NCBI GenBank assembly: GCA_049287005.1
Contig: JBAQEZ010000003.1
Coordinates: 95,493 to 159,492 of the forward strand
DNA from: Candidatus Moraniibacteriota bacterium
GTDB lineage: Bacteria; Patescibacteriota; Minisyncoccia; Moranbacterales; UBA1568
Reading direction: 5' to 3'
DNA: 64,000 nt
The translations under genes and the position numbers were made by a program. Shown here piece after piece: positions 27,310 to 38,245 of the stretch. Numbering within the stretch: position 1 is the stretch's first letter; each line of letters starts with the position of its first letter. Under the pieces are notes generated by a model, which was not told the DNA's origin, ran no database searches, and was given only the letters and a program-made list of their open reading frames with translations.

Positions 27310-29757
27310 ATGCAAGAAAAAGCTTTTCACGAGGGGAAAATCGAATTACGTTCCATAACGGATGAAGTCAGGCAATCCTATCTTGATTATGCGATGAGCG
27401 TGATCGTGGCGCGTGCTTTGCCTGATGTGCGCGATGGCCTGAAGCCGGTGCATCGCCGCATCCTCTATTCGATGTGGTCGAGCGGACTGCGTTCCACGGC
27501 CAAATTTCGCAAATCAGCGACGGTGGTCGGAGAGGTGCTGGGGAAATATCATCCGCATGGTGATACGGCGGTGTATGACACGATGGTGCGTTTGGCGCAG
27601 GATTTCTCCCTCCGCTATCCATTGGTGTGGGGACAGGGAAACTTCGGATCGATGGACGGCGACAGCGCTGCTGCCTATCGGTATACCGAAGCCAAGCTCA
27701 AGGCCATTGCGGAAGAGATGCTCCTCGATATCGACAAAGACACGGTGGATTTCATCCCGAACTTCGATGGGATGCACGAGGAGCCGCTGGTGCTCCCTGC
27801 CAAACTCCCGCAACTCCTCTTGAATGGGACGGTGGGTATTGCTGTCGGCATGGCGACCAACATTCCGCCGCACAATCTGAATGAATTAGTGGACGGCATC
27901 TGTCATCTGATCGAATTTCCGGAAGCGACGGTGGATGATCTGATGCAATTCATCAAGGGTCCCGACTTCCCGACGGGCGGAACCATCTATAATACGAAGG
28001 ATATCCGTGAGGCCTACGCTACCGGCAAAGGGCCGATTTTGGCGCGCGCCAAGGCGGAAATAGTGGAAAACAAAAGCGGTCAGTTCCAGATCATCGTGAC
28101 GGAAATGACGTACGCTACCAACAAGTCATCGCTGATCATGAAGATTGCCGAACTGGTCAAGGAGGACAAGCTCCAGGGCATCAAAGATCTGCGCGATGAA
28201 TCCGATCGGAATGGCGTGCGTATCGTCGTCGATCTGAAAAAAGACGCTTTTCCTCAGAAAGTGCTCAACAAGCTCTACCAGATGACGGATCTGCAGAAAA
28301 ATTTCAATGTCAATATGCTGGCGCTGGTGGATGGCGTCGATCCGCAGATTCTTACGCTGAAAGCCATTCTTGAACACTACATCAAGCATCGCGAAATCGT
28401 GGTGGTACGTCGCACGGAACATGATTTGAAGAAAAACAAGGAGCGCGCCCATATTTTGGAAGGATTGAAAAGGGCCTTGGATCACATCGACGCCATTATC
28501 GAGACCATCAAGAAATCGCCGACCAAAGAGGAAGCGCATGCGAACCTGATGAAGAAATTCAAGCTCTCCGATTTGCAAACCACGGCTATTCTTGAGATGC
28601 GGCTGCAGACGTTGGCTGGATTGGAACGGAAGAAAATCGAGGACGAATTGGCAGAAAAAATGAAACTCATCGCATATTTCGAGGATTTGCTCAAGTATCG
28701 CAAGAAGATTCTGGCGCTGGTCAAGAGTGAACTCCTCGAGATCCGAGACAGATTTGGTGATGAGCGCCGGACGAAAGTCATTAGAACCGGTGTGACGGAA
28801 TTCAAGCAGGAGGATCTGATCCCGAACGACGAGGCCATCATCACGCTGACGGAAGACGGGTACATCAAGCGCATGAATCCGAGCGTGTACCGTGTGCAGA
28901 AACGCGGCGGCAAGGGCGTCATCGGCGCGACGACCAAAGAAGAAGACCGGATCGCACAGGTGTTGTCCATCGAAATGCATGACAATTTGATGTTCTTTAC
29001 CAACACGGGCAAAGTCTTTCAGACCAAAGCCTACGAAATTCCAGAATCTACGCGCACTTCGAAAGGACAGGCCATCGTGAATTTCCTCCAAGTGGCTCAG
29101 GAAGAAAAGATCACGGCCGTGATCGCTTTCAACAACAACGATGCCTTCAAGTACCTCTTTATGGCGACGGAGCAGGGGACGATCAAGAAAACCAAGCTGG
29201 AAGATTTTGAAAACGTACGACGGAGCGGATTGATCGCTATCGGATTAGATAAAGGCGACACGCTCGGCTGGGTGGGCCCGACGACGGGTGCCGATGATGT
29301 GGTGTTGACGACCAATGATGGTCAGGCGATCCGTTTCAAGGAGACGGATGTCCGGCCGATGGGACGCAATGCTTCCGGAGTGCGAGGTATGAAGCTGAAA
29401 AACATAGACAAGATTGTCGGGATGGATGTCTTGCCGAAAGATGCCAAGGGATTGGAGCTTTTGATTCTTTCACAGAACGGTTTCGGCAAGAGAAGCGAAC
29501 TGAAATCATATAAGGTGCAGAAACGCGGTGGTTCCGGTATCAAGACGATGAAGGTGACGTCCAAGACGGGTAAGCTCGTGGGAGCAACTGTGACCAGCGT
29601 GGCGGACATTGAAAGCGATTTGATTCTTACTTCGGAGAAAGGAACGATCATCCGGGTGCCGTTCAAAAGCGTACCGCTCCTCGGGCGTGTGACACAGGGT
29701 GTGCGCGTGATGAAACCGCAGGCCGGTGACGGTGTGGCTGCCTTTACGGTGTTGTAA
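27310..29757 (+). CDS. gyrA: DNA gyrase subunit A
   Basis: [13 protein letters not shown], active-site Tyr region and the C-terminal beta-pinwheel repeats; 815 aa. Confidence 0.9.
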   Translation: MQEKAFHEGKIELRSITDEVRQSYLDYAMSVIVARALPDVRDGLKPVHRRILYSMWSSGLRSTAKFRKSATVVGEVLGKYHPHGDTAVYDTMVRLAQDFSLRYPLVWGQGNFGSMDGDSAAAYRYTEAKLKAIAEEMLLDIDKDTVDFIPNFDGMHEEPLVLPAKLPQLLLNGTVGIAVGMATNIPPHNLNELVDGICHLIEFPEATVDDLMQFIKGPDFPTGGTIYNTKDIREAYATGKGPILARAKAEIVENKSGQFQIIVTEMTYATNKSSLIMKIAELVKEDKLQGIKDLRDESDRNGVRIVVDLKKDAFPQKVLNKLYQMTDLQKNFNVNMLALVDGVDPQILTLKAILEHYIKHREIVVVRRTEHDLKKNKERAHILEGLKRALDHIDAIIETIKKSPTKEEAHANLMKKFKLSDLQTTAILEMRLQTLAGLERKKIEDELAEKMKLIAYFEDLLKYRKKILALVKSELLEIRDRFGDERRTKVIRTGVTEFKQEDLIPNDEAIITLTEDGYIKRMNPSVYRVQKRGGKGVIGATTKEEDRIAQVLSIEMHDNLMFFTNTGKVFQTKAYEIPESTRTSKGQAIVNFLQVAQEEKITAVIAFNNNDAFKYLFMATEQGTIKKTKLEDFENVRRSGLIAIGLDKGDTLGWVGPTTGADDVVLTTNDGQAIRFKETDVRPMGRNASGVRGMKLKNIDKIVGMDVLPKDAKGLELLILSQNGFGKRSELKSYKVQKRGGSGIKTMKVTSKTGKLVGATVTSVADIESDLILTSEKGTIIRVPFKSVPLLGRVTQGVRVMKPQAGDGVAAFTVL

Positions 29758-29788
29758 TCAGGAGAGCCTTGTATCGATTGAATTTTTT

Positions 29789-30973
29789 ATGGATTCTTTT
29801 TCAGCACTGAAACCAAGAAGAAAAACGCGTGTGGTGAACGTCGGTGGAGTGGGGATAGGCGGGGACAATCCTATCCGAGTCCAGACGATGACAAACACGG
29901 ATACGCTTGATATTGGTTCCACTGTGGCTCAAATCAAAGCTTGCGTGAAAGCTGGCGTGGAACTCATTCGTTTGACAACGCCTACCCCGAAACATGCCCA
30001 GGCGCTCGGATCGATTCGAGAAGCGCTGCTTCAGGACGGCATAGATGTGCCGCTGATTGCAGATATCCATTTTTTACCGGCAGCGGCGTTTGAGGCGCTG
30101 AAATGGGCAGACAAGATCCGGCTCAATCCCGGGAACTTTCTGGATGGCAAGATGTTTCGAGAGTTCGCGTTCAGTGACGTCAGCTATGCCAAGGAAATAG
30201 AGCGGATAGAAGAAAGCTTGCTGCCTTTTATCGTAGCCGTGAAAGATTCCGGCAAGGCGCTGCGCATCGGATGTAACCACGGCTCGCTTTCCGACCGCGT
30301 ACTCTCTCGTTTTGGCGACACGTCGCATGGGATGGTGGAGTCGACGATGGAATACTTGCGGATTTTCCACAAGCATCAGTTTCACAACATGGTGGTCGCC
30401 CTGAAGGCGTCAGACCCCCTCATCATGATCGAATCCAATCGGTTGCTGGTCGCGACGATGGACAAGGAGGGGATGGACTACCCGATTCATCTCGGCGTGA
30501 CGGAGGCCGGCAACGGTGAAGAAGGACGTGCCAAATCGACGCTCGGCATTGGGACGCTTTTGATGGAGGGTATCGGGGATACGGTACGCGTTTCTTTGAC
30601 GGAAGACCCGGTGAAAGAAATCCCCACTTGTTATGGGATTCTTCAGGCGACACACCGGCGTATTACGCGAACAGAATTCATCTCTTGTCCTTCGTGCGGG
30701 CGCACGCTGTTCGATATTGAACCGGTGACGAATATTATCAAAGAACGCATGGGGCATCTCAAGGGTCTGCGTGTTGCTATCATGGGGTGTATCGTAAACG
30801 GTTTGGGAGAAATGGCGGATGCGGATTATGGCTATGTCGGCGGGGCGCACGGCCAGGTGAGCCTGTATCGGAAAAAAGAGCTGGTGAAGCGGAACGTGTC
30901 GGAAAAGGAAGCCGTGGACGAACTCATTCGCCTGATCAAATCAGACGGTCAATGGGTCGAGCCGACTGTTTGA
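29789..30973 (+). CDS. ispG: 4-hydroxy-3-methylbut-2-enyl diphosphate synthase IspG (GcpE)
   Basis: RRKTRVVNVGGVGIGGDNPIRVQTMTNTDT and the C-terminal CPSCGRT Fe-S cysteines. Start at ATG 29789 within track ORF 29726..30973. Confidence 0.85.
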   Translation: MDSFSALKPRRKTRVVNVGGVGIGGDNPIRVQTMTNTDTLDIGSTVAQIKACVKAGVELIRLTTPTPKHAQALGSIREALLQDGIDVPLIADIHFLPAAAFEALKWADKIRLNPGNFLDGKMFREFAFSDVSYAKEIERIEESLLPFIVAVKDSGKALRIGCNHGSLSDRVLSRFGDTSHGMVESTMEYLRIFHKHQFHNMVVALKASDPLIMIESNRLLVATMDKEGMDYPIHLGVTEAGNGEEGRAKSTLGIGTLLMEGIGDTVRVSLTEDPVKEIPTCYGILQATHRRITRTEFISCPSCGRTLFDIEPVTNIIKERMGHLKGLRVAIMGCIVNGLGEMADADYGYVGGAHGQVSLYRKKELVKRNVSEKEAVDELIRLIKSDGQWVEPTV

Positions 30974-31000
30974 AAAAAAGAGAGCATGTTTCTCAAAAAC

Positions 31001-31029
31001 TTGACAATGGGCAAGTTTTTTTGTATGAA
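31001..31029 (+). promoter_or_regulatory. sigma70-like promoter (TTGACA-17-TATGAA)
   Basis: Read directly downstream of the ispG stop. Confidence 0.45.
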
Positions 31030-31056
31030 AAGGATACTACAACCAAAGGAGATACC

Positions 31057-31257
31057 ATGAGCGAAGACGTCGGTTCATCGGGAGTGACGGTTATGCCCTG
31101 TTTTGCGGCGCTGCTGGAAAGATGGGGAAAGACCGTCCCCGGAGAGGAAAGTCCTGTTGTTCGGTCGTTGCGAGTATGCCAGGAAAGAGACGCGCGACCC
31201 GCGTGTCATCCCGTCTCCGGAGAAGAGGCAGGCCGTGAGAAGCGAGATGCAGTGTGA
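31057..31257 (+). CDS. possible 66-aa small protein with strong SD (AAAGGAGatacc-ATG); alternatively part of a structured non-coding RNA
   Basis: SD 6 nt upstream of the ATG. GC-rich, hairpin-dense sequence containing GAGGAAAGTCC, bounded by a promoter and a terminator. No homology evidence for the protein. Confidence 0.3.
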   Translation: MSEDVGSSGVTVMPCFAALLERWGKTVPGEESPVVRSLRVCQERDARPACHPVSGEEAGREKRDAV

Positions 31258-31280
31258 GAGACGGAACCCCGTCGCCTGGA

Positions 31281-31305
31281 GGCATGCAGCGCATGCCTTT
31301 TTTTC
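31281..31305 (+). terminator. rho-independent terminator
   Basis: GGCATGCagcGCATGCCtttttttc. Confidence 0.65.
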
Positions 31306-31404
31306 TTGAATATATTGAGCACAAATTGAAAACGGCGCGAGTCGCTGCTCGGGCCGTTTCTTGTTGCTGTCGGAATGGACTGCCAAGCGAGCTTGTCAGC
31401 GCAT

Positions 31405-31764
31405 TTAGCAAACCGTCGCGACGTACATGATGTTGCCGATGCCGATGCCGATGGCGTGTTTGCCGCTCATCCTCGGAATAACGATTTCCTTTCCGGGACG
31501 AACGATGTGGCCGCCTCTGGTGATCTTGAAATTGGCTTCCAGAACGGCGACCTCTTCCCAGAAGCTCACCATGATGCGTTCCCCGTTGGGAAGGTGTTTC
31601 TCCAGGAGACCCTCGGGAGCCGACCCCAAGAGTTTGCTCTTGTCGATCACGGGATCGGAGGTACTGATAGTGATGCCTTTCCACTGGGGCTTGCGAGGCG
31701 GATGCTGCAGCTGCAGCCGCAGAGTACTCGCCGGAATGATAGTGTGCGGAGACTTCGTGGTCAT
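31405..31764 (-). CDS. hypothetical protein
   Basis: 119-aa ORF; preferred over the Arg/His-rich overlapping frames, but the family is not recognised. Confidence 0.4.
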   Translation of the reverse strand: MTTKSPHTIIPASTLRLQLQHPPRKPQWKGITISTSDPVIDKSKLLGSAPEGLLEKHLPNGERIMVSFWEEVAVLEANFKITRGGHIVRPGKEIVIPRMSGKHAIGIGIGNIMYVATVC

Positions 31765-31945
31765 CGCGACTCCTTCTGGTTTGCGTCCTCGGGTTGGGAC
31801 AATTCAATAAAACATTCCCGAGAGAAAAAGTCAAATATTTGCTAAAATGAGGGGAGTATGGTATTTTTTGTAAGTAATAAATTTTTGATGTAGCGTACGC
31901 TGGTGGAGAGGGATGACTCCTACGAACGTATCGCCGAATACAGCT

Positions 31946-32212
31946 ATGGCACTGACGCACAAGCAGAAAGAGAAAGTAACAGGGGAAGTGAAACGTCACG
32001 ACAAGGATACGGGTTCGCCGGAATACCAGATCGCGCTTTTTACGGAACAGATCAAGAAGCTGACGACGCACTTGAAAAAGAACAAGAAGGATTTTCATTC
32101 CCGTCGCGGATTGCTCAAGATGGTTTCCAAGAGAAAGAAGCTGATGGGGTATCTCGAAAAGACCAATGAGAAATCGTACAAAGGAGTGATCAAAACTTTG
32201 GGGCTTAAGTAA
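31946..32212 (+). CDS. rpsO: 30S ribosomal protein S15
   Basis: MALTHKQKEKV...DTGSPEYQIALFTEQIKKLTTHLKKNKKDFHSRRGLLKMVSKRKKLMGYL. Confidence 0.85.
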   Translation: MALTHKQKEKVTGEVKRHDKDTGSPEYQIALFTEQIKKLTTHLKKNKKDFHSRRGLLKMVSKRKKLMGYLEKTNEKSYKGVIKTLGLK

Positions 32213-32423
32213 GCCTCTTTGTTTTTTATAAAGGGTATGGTTTGTTGACTATCCCGCTTCAATTCCGATTTTTTCTCGTGAAAGAATGGGAGAAGAGAAT
32301 CGGGAACGCCTAGCGGCTCTCGCGTGAGCCAGTATAATTTTTTTAATAATGAATTGAAGCGGGGCGCTCCCTCCCAAGGCGGGCAGGCATAAAAGGAGCT
32401 TCTCGTTTCACCCGAAGACATTT

Positions 32424-32921
32424 ATGGCGAAGTTTGCAGAACAAAGAGTGGGTGTCTTGGTGGACATCCAGAACCTGTATTACAGCGCGCGGGTGCTGTA
32501 CAGCAAGAAAGTGAATTTCAAAAACGTGCTTTTGGCAGCGACGGATGAGCGTAAGCTGATCAGGGCGATCGCCTATGGCATCAAGACCGTCGAGGCCACG
32601 GAAGAAAAATTTTTCGAAGCGCTGGAAAAAAGCGGTTTCGAAGTGAAAACCAAGGATTTGCAGATTTTCCCGGATGGCTCCAAGAAAGGCGACTGGGACG
32701 TCGGCATCGCAGTCGACGCGATCAAGATGGCGGCCAAGCTCGATGTCGTGGTGATCGTGTCTGGTGATGGGGACTATGTTTCTTTGGTAGAATATATCCA
32801 GAGTACCTACGGTTGCCGCGTCGAGGCCATTGCGTTCGCGGAGTCCGCCAGCCAGAAGTTGGTAGAAAAAGTCGATGACTTCATCAATCTTTCGGACAAC
32901 AAGAAGCGTTTTCTGATCTGA
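32424..32921 (+). CDS. NYN-domain (LabA-like) protein
   Basis: VLVDIQNLYYS...VIVSGDGDYVSLV, the characteristic NYN/LabA acidic residues. Confidence 0.75.
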   Translation: MAKFAEQRVGVLVDIQNLYYSARVLYSKKVNFKNVLLAATDERKLIRAIAYGIKTVEATEEKFFEALEKSGFEVKTKDLQIFPDGSKKGDWDVGIAVDAIKMAAKLDVVVIVSGDGDYVSLVEYIQSTYGCRVEAIAFAESASQKLVEKVDDFINLSDNKKRFLI

Positions 32922-32998
32922 GTGTGAAATCTTTTGGAAATAAAGACAGCTATTGCGACTTGCGCGATAGCTGTTTTCAGTAGTGCCGATAGCGTCTG

Positions 32999-34318
32999 TC
33001 AATGCAGCGCTTGGAGATCGAACGAGTGACCCTGCCCGCGATGCGTTATGAGAGCGGTCAGGCCTCTGTCGCCGAAAGTTTCTTTGAGCGCCTTCCTGAT
33101 AATAGTCAGGTGGGAAGGGAGTGCGGATGCGGTCCCGTTGCCTAACTGCTCGTCAGTGCAGAGATCTCCGGATTTTTCGATCATGATGCGCATGATCCGA
33201 GCCGCTTCTCCAGGCAGAATGATTTTTTTCCCGGCAATCGCGATTTCTTCTGATCCCTTCCGGATTTTTGTGCCAGGTTTTTCTGCGAGTGACGCCTTTG
33301 GTGACCTTTTCTTGGCCGGCTTACTGTGAGTACCCTTCGTATTCCGACGGATATTTTCAAGGAGTGCGCCGGTTGCCTTGTGGATATCTTCCGCTGTATC
33401 TTTGGCGGCATCGATCGCTGCGCGGTGGTGATTGACAGCTGCGGTCAGCTGTTCGATGGCGTCAGTCAGGGCGGCGTGAATGTCGCTGATGTCATGGGTT
33501 ACGCTGGTTGTCATGCTATGGTTCCTTTCCTTCGGCTGAGTTTTGGAGAGGGGTGGTAGGTCAGTCATGGAAGTGGTAATCTGTTTCGGTTGTGTCGGAG
33601 CGAGAAGTAAGGGTATAGAAGACATGAAATCGGCCGCCGCGCCCTTTTTTGTAGCAGAAGCTGAGGCCGATGGAATTTGGGCGGGGTGGCGTATTTTCGC
33701 AGGTACGGTAGCCTTTTTCTCGGTGAGGTCGGTGGTCAATGGACGTCCTCTGCATATAATGCCGAAATCAAGAGTCTCTCCTTCCTGGTATCCATCCAAA
33801 GTAAACTCTTCGCTTATGCCGCGCGGTACGCGGGCAATACTGCCACCGGAGCAAGGGAAACTGTCACTCTTTTTGATGGGCGTGGTTATTCTGAGAATTT
33901 TCCGTGCTGCCAGAGCTACGCTTTCGATATGGTCGAGTCGCTGTTCGTAGTACCCCGCGATTCGGAGCGCAACAAAATCAACGGGTTTCACGGAAGTGTT
34001 TTTTCGTAAGGGGGCGATACCGATGACGATGCGGCCGGATATCTTGATGGTGTTCAAATACTCGCCTGGATTATGAAGGCCACGCAGACTCAATACCACT
34101 ATTTTGACGCTCGGATATTTTTTCAGCATGGCTTCAAAACGAATACAAAATTCGTTGAGAGTGGCAAAGCTGATCGCTACTCCTGGCAGACCATAGTCCG
34201 GGAGCCGGCTTTTGATTCCGCCGAGAAAGCTGATGATGTCGCTCTCTCCTGAAATCATGCCCATAATCAAAATGAGCGGTTGAAGCGTGATTGCTCGGGC
34301 TATTGTTTTGCGGACCAT
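32999..34318 (-). CDS. putative transcriptional regulator with C-terminal OmpR/PhoB-type winged-helix domain and unrecognised N-terminal and linker regions
   Basis: C-terminus ...LPSHLTIIRKALKETFGDRGLTALITHRGQGHSFD resembles trans_reg_C. The long low-complexity linker is Ala/Thr/Lys-rich. Confidence 0.55.
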   Translation of the reverse strand: MVRKTIARAITLQPLILIMGMISGESDIISFLGGIKSRLPDYGLPGVAISFATLNEFCIRFEAMLKKYPSVKIVVLSLRGLHNPGEYLNTIKISGRIVIGIAPLRKNTSVKPVDFVALRIAGYYEQRLDHIESVALAARKILRITTPIKKSDSFPCSGGSIARVPRGISEEFTLDGYQEGETLDFGIICRGRPLTTDLTEKKATVPAKIRHPAQIPSASASATKKGAAADFMSSIPLLLAPTQPKQITTSMTDLPPLSKTQPKERNHSMTTSVTHDISDIHAALTDAIEQLTAAVNHHRAAIDAAKDTAEDIHKATGALLENIRRNTKGTHSKPAKKRSPKASLAEKPGTKIRKGSEEIAIAGKKIILPGEAARIMRIMIEKSGDLCTDEQLGNGTASALPSHLTIIRKALKETFGDRGLTALITHRGQGHSFDLQALH

Positions 34319-34614
34319 GAGAGTCTCCCTGGGTTATTTTCGGTTGTTAATGGGCATTGCATGGAAGCTAGCATGACGAGTGGATCTTTGGCAAGAAAGT
34401 AAAAGACCCCGGAACACCGAATCTGTTGACAAAAAGCGATTTTTTCGGTACAGTGCGAAGGCAAATATATTCATTAACAACCTGCTTTTTGCCAAGGAAG
34501 GTGCTAGAGAAGTTCAAATCTCAAAGATCAAAGAGTAAAAAGTTTTTTGCTTTCTGACTTTTGTGCTTTGAATTTTTCTTCTTGCTTTCCCTTGTTTGAA
34601 AGCGGGCACACCAT

Positions 34615-36735
34615 ATGCAAGAAAAGAAATGGTCTCTCCAGCTGGGAGGGAGGGAGCTTGTTATTGAGACGGGCACGCTGGCCAAACAGGCGAGCGGATC
34701 GGTGACGGTGCGGTACGGCGACACAGTCGTATTGGCCGCGGCCGTGATGAGCAAAGAAATGTCCAAGATCACGGGTTATTTTCCGCTCATGGTGGATTAT
34801 GAAGAGCGGTATTATGCCGCCGGAAAGATCAAAGGATCTCGTTTCATCAAGCGCGAAGGGCGTCCTTCAGATGACGCCGTTTTGTCTGGGCGCGCGGTGG
34901 ATCGCACAATCCGCCCGCTGTTTGACAGCCGCATGCGCAACGAAGTGCAGGTGGTCGTGACAACCCTCTCCTATGATGGCGAGAATAACCCGGATCTTGT
35001 CGCGATGATTGCAGCTTCGGCAGCGCTTTCACTTTCCGATATTCCCTGGAACGGTCCCATCGGTGCCGTACGCGTCGGTTTGCAGGATGGCAATTTCGTT
35101 TTGAATCCAGCCAGTGAAGAGCGTAAGCATAGCGCTTTGGATTTGCTCCTGTCCGGCACCGGAGAAAAGATCAATATGATCGAAGCGAGCGCCCAAGAAA
35201 TCACGGAAGAGAAAATGGCGGAAGCGTTCGAATTCGGATTCGAAGCCATCAAAAAAATCACTCACTTTATTGAGGAGGTGCGCGTGGAAGCAGGGAAGGA
35301 AAAACGGGCAGCGGCGCTGCTCCACGGTTCCAATGAATTTGAAGCGGATATCCGCAGGGTCTGCGCCGAATTCGGTATGGCGGAAGCCTTGTATATCCGG
35401 CCGAAGCAGGCGACCGAAGCGAAAGTGGCTGAAATCAATGAAAAAATCGCAGTCTATGCGGCCGAGAAATATCCCGATCAAAAAAACCTTTCCGAAGTGC
35501 TCGCGATTATCATTGATGAGGTATCAGATGAGGCGGTGCATATGAATATTCTCGAGAAAGAGGCTCGTCCGGATGGACGGGGCATCACGGAAATCCGCCC
35601 GATCACCTGTGCTGTCGGCATCTTGCCACGCACGCACGGTACAGGACTCTTCACTCGTGGTGAAACACAGGCGCTGACCGTTACGACTCTCGGCGCTCCC
35701 GGTGATGAGATGGTTATCGACACCATGGAAACAGATGAGAAGAAGCGTTATATGCATTTTTACAATTTCCCCCCGTATTCTGTCGGTGAGGTCAAGCCGA
35801 TGCGCGGACCGGGCCGTCGTGAAGTTGGCCACGGCATGCTAGCGGAAAAAGCGCTGGTACCGGTTCTCCCGAGCAAGGAAGATTTCCCGTACACGATCAT
35901 CCTGGTTTCCGAAGTATTGGAGTCCAACGGTTCGTCTTCGATGGCTTCGACATGCGGTTCAACGCTTTCTCTCATGGATGCGGGAGTGCCGATCAAGAAA
36001 CCGGTCGCCGGTATCGCGATGGGTGTCATCACTGGCAAGAATGGCACGTACAAAGTACTCTCCGATATCCAGGGGCTGGAGGATCATTATGGTGATATGG
36101 ATTTCAAAGTAGCCGGAACGAAAGATGGGATTACCGCGATGCAGATGGATGTGAAGATCGATGGTCTGACCCCAGAAGTCCTCAAAACAGCCATCATACA
36201 AGCCAAAGAAGGACGGATGTTCATCATGGGAAAAATGCTTGAGGCTATTCCTGAAGTGCGTATGACGATGTCGCCGTATGCCCCGCGTATCATCACGCTT
36301 CATATCAACCCTGAAAAGATTCGCGATGTCATCGGTCCTGGAGGCAAGATGATCAATCAGATCATCGATGAGACCGGCGTTTCTATCGATATCGAAGACG
36401 ATGGATCGGTATTCATCACATCGACCGATGAAACGAGCGCCAAGAAGGCCGTTGAATGGATCAATAACATCACGCGCGAAGTGAAGGCGGGTGAACTGTT
36501 CCAGGCACGCATCACGCGTATCATGAATTTCGGCGCCTTTGCTGAAGTGTTGCCCAATCAGGAAGGACTGATTCACATTTCGGAACTGGCTGATAAGCGC
36601 GTGGAAAACGTGGAGGATGTCGTGCATGTCGGCGATATCATACCGGTCATCGTGAAAGAAATCGATAGTCAGGGTCGAATCAACCTCTCGCACAAGGCAG
36701 CTCTGCATCACGTGAGCGAAGAGAAAAGTGCGTGA
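34615..36735 (+). CDS. pnp: polynucleotide phosphorylase
   Basis: Two RNase PH domains followed by KH and S1 domains (…[20 protein letters not shown]…); 706 aa. Confidence 0.9.
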   Translation: MQEKKWSLQLGGRELVIETGTLAKQASGSVTVRYGDTVVLAAAVMSKEMSKITGYFPLMVDYEERYYAAGKIKGSRFIKREGRPSDDAVLSGRAVDRTIRPLFDSRMRNEVQVVVTTLSYDGENNPDLVAMIAASAALSLSDIPWNGPIGAVRVGLQDGNFVLNPASEERKHSALDLLLSGTGEKINMIEASAQEITEEKMAEAFEFGFEAIKKITHFIEEVRVEAGKEKRAAALLHGSNEFEADIRRVCAEFGMAEALYIRPKQATEAKVAEINEKIAVYAAEKYPDQKNLSEVLAIIIDEVSDEAVHMNILEKEARPDGRGITEIRPITCAVGILPRTHGTGLFTRGETQALTVTTLGAPGDEMVIDTMETDEKKRYMHFYNFPPYSVGEVKPMRGPGRREVGHGMLAEKALVPVLPSKEDFPYTIILVSEVLESNGSSSMASTCGSTLSLMDAGVPIKKPVAGIAMGVITGKNGTYKVLSDIQGLEDHYGDMDFKVAGTKDGITAMQMDVKIDGLTPEVLKTAIIQAKEGRMFIMGKMLEAIPEVRMTMSPYAPRIITLHINPEKIRDVIGPGGKMINQIIDETGVSIDIEDDGSVFITSTDETSAKKAVEWINNITREVKAGELFQARITRIMNFGAFAEVLPNQEGLIHISELADKRVENVEDVVHVGDIIPVIVKEIDSQGRINLSHKAALHHVSEEKSA

Positions 36736-36817
36736 CAGGATGCAAAAGAAATAATTTGGTGTATAATAGGAGAGAAGAAATTCTCTCCTATTATTTTTTG
36801 CATTACTGAAAAAACGT

Positions 36818-37966
36818 ATGACATTCTCTCCTTTTGCAAGCCAGCAATCTTCTCCCCAGACAGGTATGGGAAACAAGATAGCGTCTCTCGCGACTATCCG
36901 TACGATGCGAGGGGATATGGAGGCAATCAAGCAGGGAGGGAAGGGCATGGTTTTTGTGCAAAGCCAGCGGGAAGAAAATTCTGTGCGCCGCATGCCATCA
37001 GAGCCGTCCGCGGACCCGCTGGGCAGAGATGAGGAGAAACTATTTCAGAGACAGGAGGAAGGCGTAGCGAAAAAAGTCGATAATCCTTTCGGAGTCGCTT
37101 CTCAAACCAACGCCAGCATCCCCGGACAGTTTTCTCAGCCACAGGGTATGAAAAACGGACTGACTCCGACAACGTTGGTGGGGGAACTCCTCACGGATAC
37201 ATCACGGGGGGGAGGAAGCGCGTTGTTCATAAATATTCTCATAGCGGCAGCTATCCTTCTTTTGATTGCAGGTGGAGCGTATTATTACTTTCTGGTGACT
37301 GGCAAAAAAGCCGCGGAGCGCGCGGGGTCGGCCGACACTGTTCAAAATATACCAGAGACAGCCATGCCCAGTGCTGAGGAAAACCTTGTTTACGCTTTGG
37401 ACAAGCCAAACTATCTTTCTATCAACACGGAAACGGTGTCACTTCTGGATATTCAAAAGACCCTCTCGGGAGTCGCTGCCCGTATCAAAGATTCTCCTAT
37501 TACGCGGCCAGTCGAATTCTTGGTAGTAGACCAGAACAATAATCCGCTCGCATTCAGCCGTTTCGCCTTTCTTGCGCAGTTTGATCTGGCGCCCGATGTG
37601 TTGGCTCTTCTCGATGAGACTTTTTCCCTGTACGCGTACAATGATGATGGCGGTATGCGTTTTGGACTCGGGCTTACCTTCAAAGATCAGGCGGCGGCTC
37701 TTCTGGCCATCGCGAAAATAGAGCATACGTTGCCTCGTGCGTTTCAGGCGCTTATCCTGGATCCGGATGTTAGTATTCCACAGGCGCTGGCTTTTGAGTC
37801 CAGTATGTATGTTCCTCAATCAGGCGGGCAGGGAATCTCGCTCCGTTACGCGAATATCGATATCCTGCGGAACCTGTCGATCGACTACGCGGTGGCAAGC
37901 AATCGCTGGTATATAGGAACGAGTAAAAACACGCTGCGCGCCATTGTGGATGCGGCCACGAAGTAA
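36818..37966 (+). CDS. membrane-anchored hypothetical protein
   Basis: 382 aa with a single TM (LFINILIAAAILLLIAGGAYYYFLV) about 140 aa in; no recognised domain. Confidence 0.5.
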   Translation: MTFSPFASQQSSPQTGMGNKIASLATIRTMRGDMEAIKQGGKGMVFVQSQREENSVRRMPSEPSADPLGRDEEKLFQRQEEGVAKKVDNPFGVASQTNASIPGQFSQPQGMKNGLTPTTLVGELLTDTSRGGGSALFINILIAAAILLLIAGGAYYYFLVTGKKAAERAGSADTVQNIPETAMPSAEENLVYALDKPNYLSINTETVSLLDIQKTLSGVAARIKDSPITRPVEFLVVDQNNNPLAFSRFAFLAQFDLAPDVLALLDETFSLYAYNDDGGMRFGLGLTFKDQAAALLAIAKIEHTLPRAFQALILDPDVSIPQALAFESSMYVPQSGGQGISLRYANIDILRNLSIDYAVASNRWYIGTSKNTLRAIVDAATK

Positions 37967-38180
37967 TGGCTTTTCAGAAGCAAAAATAGTGATAAACAGA
38001 AAGTAAATTATTTTATTTTTGAGCGGAGAAGCAGAAAAACTTATTTTTTATTATCCAGAGAAGAAAAAACGACTGGAATGAAGCATAATATGGCCGCCAC
38101 GATTGACCAAGAGCATTTTTCCTGTTATAATGAATCTGTAAGTAACTGAACTTTGACAATTTCTCTTCTCAAACCGTTCC

Positions 38181-38245
38181 GAACGGTGAAAGAGTTCCCA
38201 ATCACAATTTTCCCCTAATTGTGAAGGGGAACTCTTTCACTGTTC
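38181..38245. repeat. ~65-nt near-perfect inverted repeat (about 30-bp stem, loop TTCCCCT) inside a 750-nt ORF-free intergenic region
   Basis: GAACGGTGAAAGAGTTCCCaaTCACAATT-ttcccct-AATTGTGAaGGGGAACTCTTTCACtGTTC. Confidence 0.6.

Noticed and set aside
28126-29091. Antisense ORFs inside gyrA (also 35959..36993 inside pnp, and 58394..59263 and 59351..60160 inside the giant gene)
   Set aside because: They lie within, and antisense to, strongly supported genes. Long open antisense frames are typical in GC-rich or repeat-rich coding DNA.
31000-31310. Firm call of RNase P RNA
   Set aside because: Only the GAGGAAAGUCC P4-strand motif is visible. The complementary P4 strand (ACAGAAnCCGGCUUA-like) and the P10-P12 motifs could not be found by eye. 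The region is left as a candidate ncRNA pending a covariance-model search.
31091-32098. 335-aa minus-strand ORF spanning the ispG-rpsO intergenic region and rpsO
   Set aside because: Arg/His-rich low-complexity translation. It overlaps rpsO and the structured promoter-terminator unit, and it is antisense.
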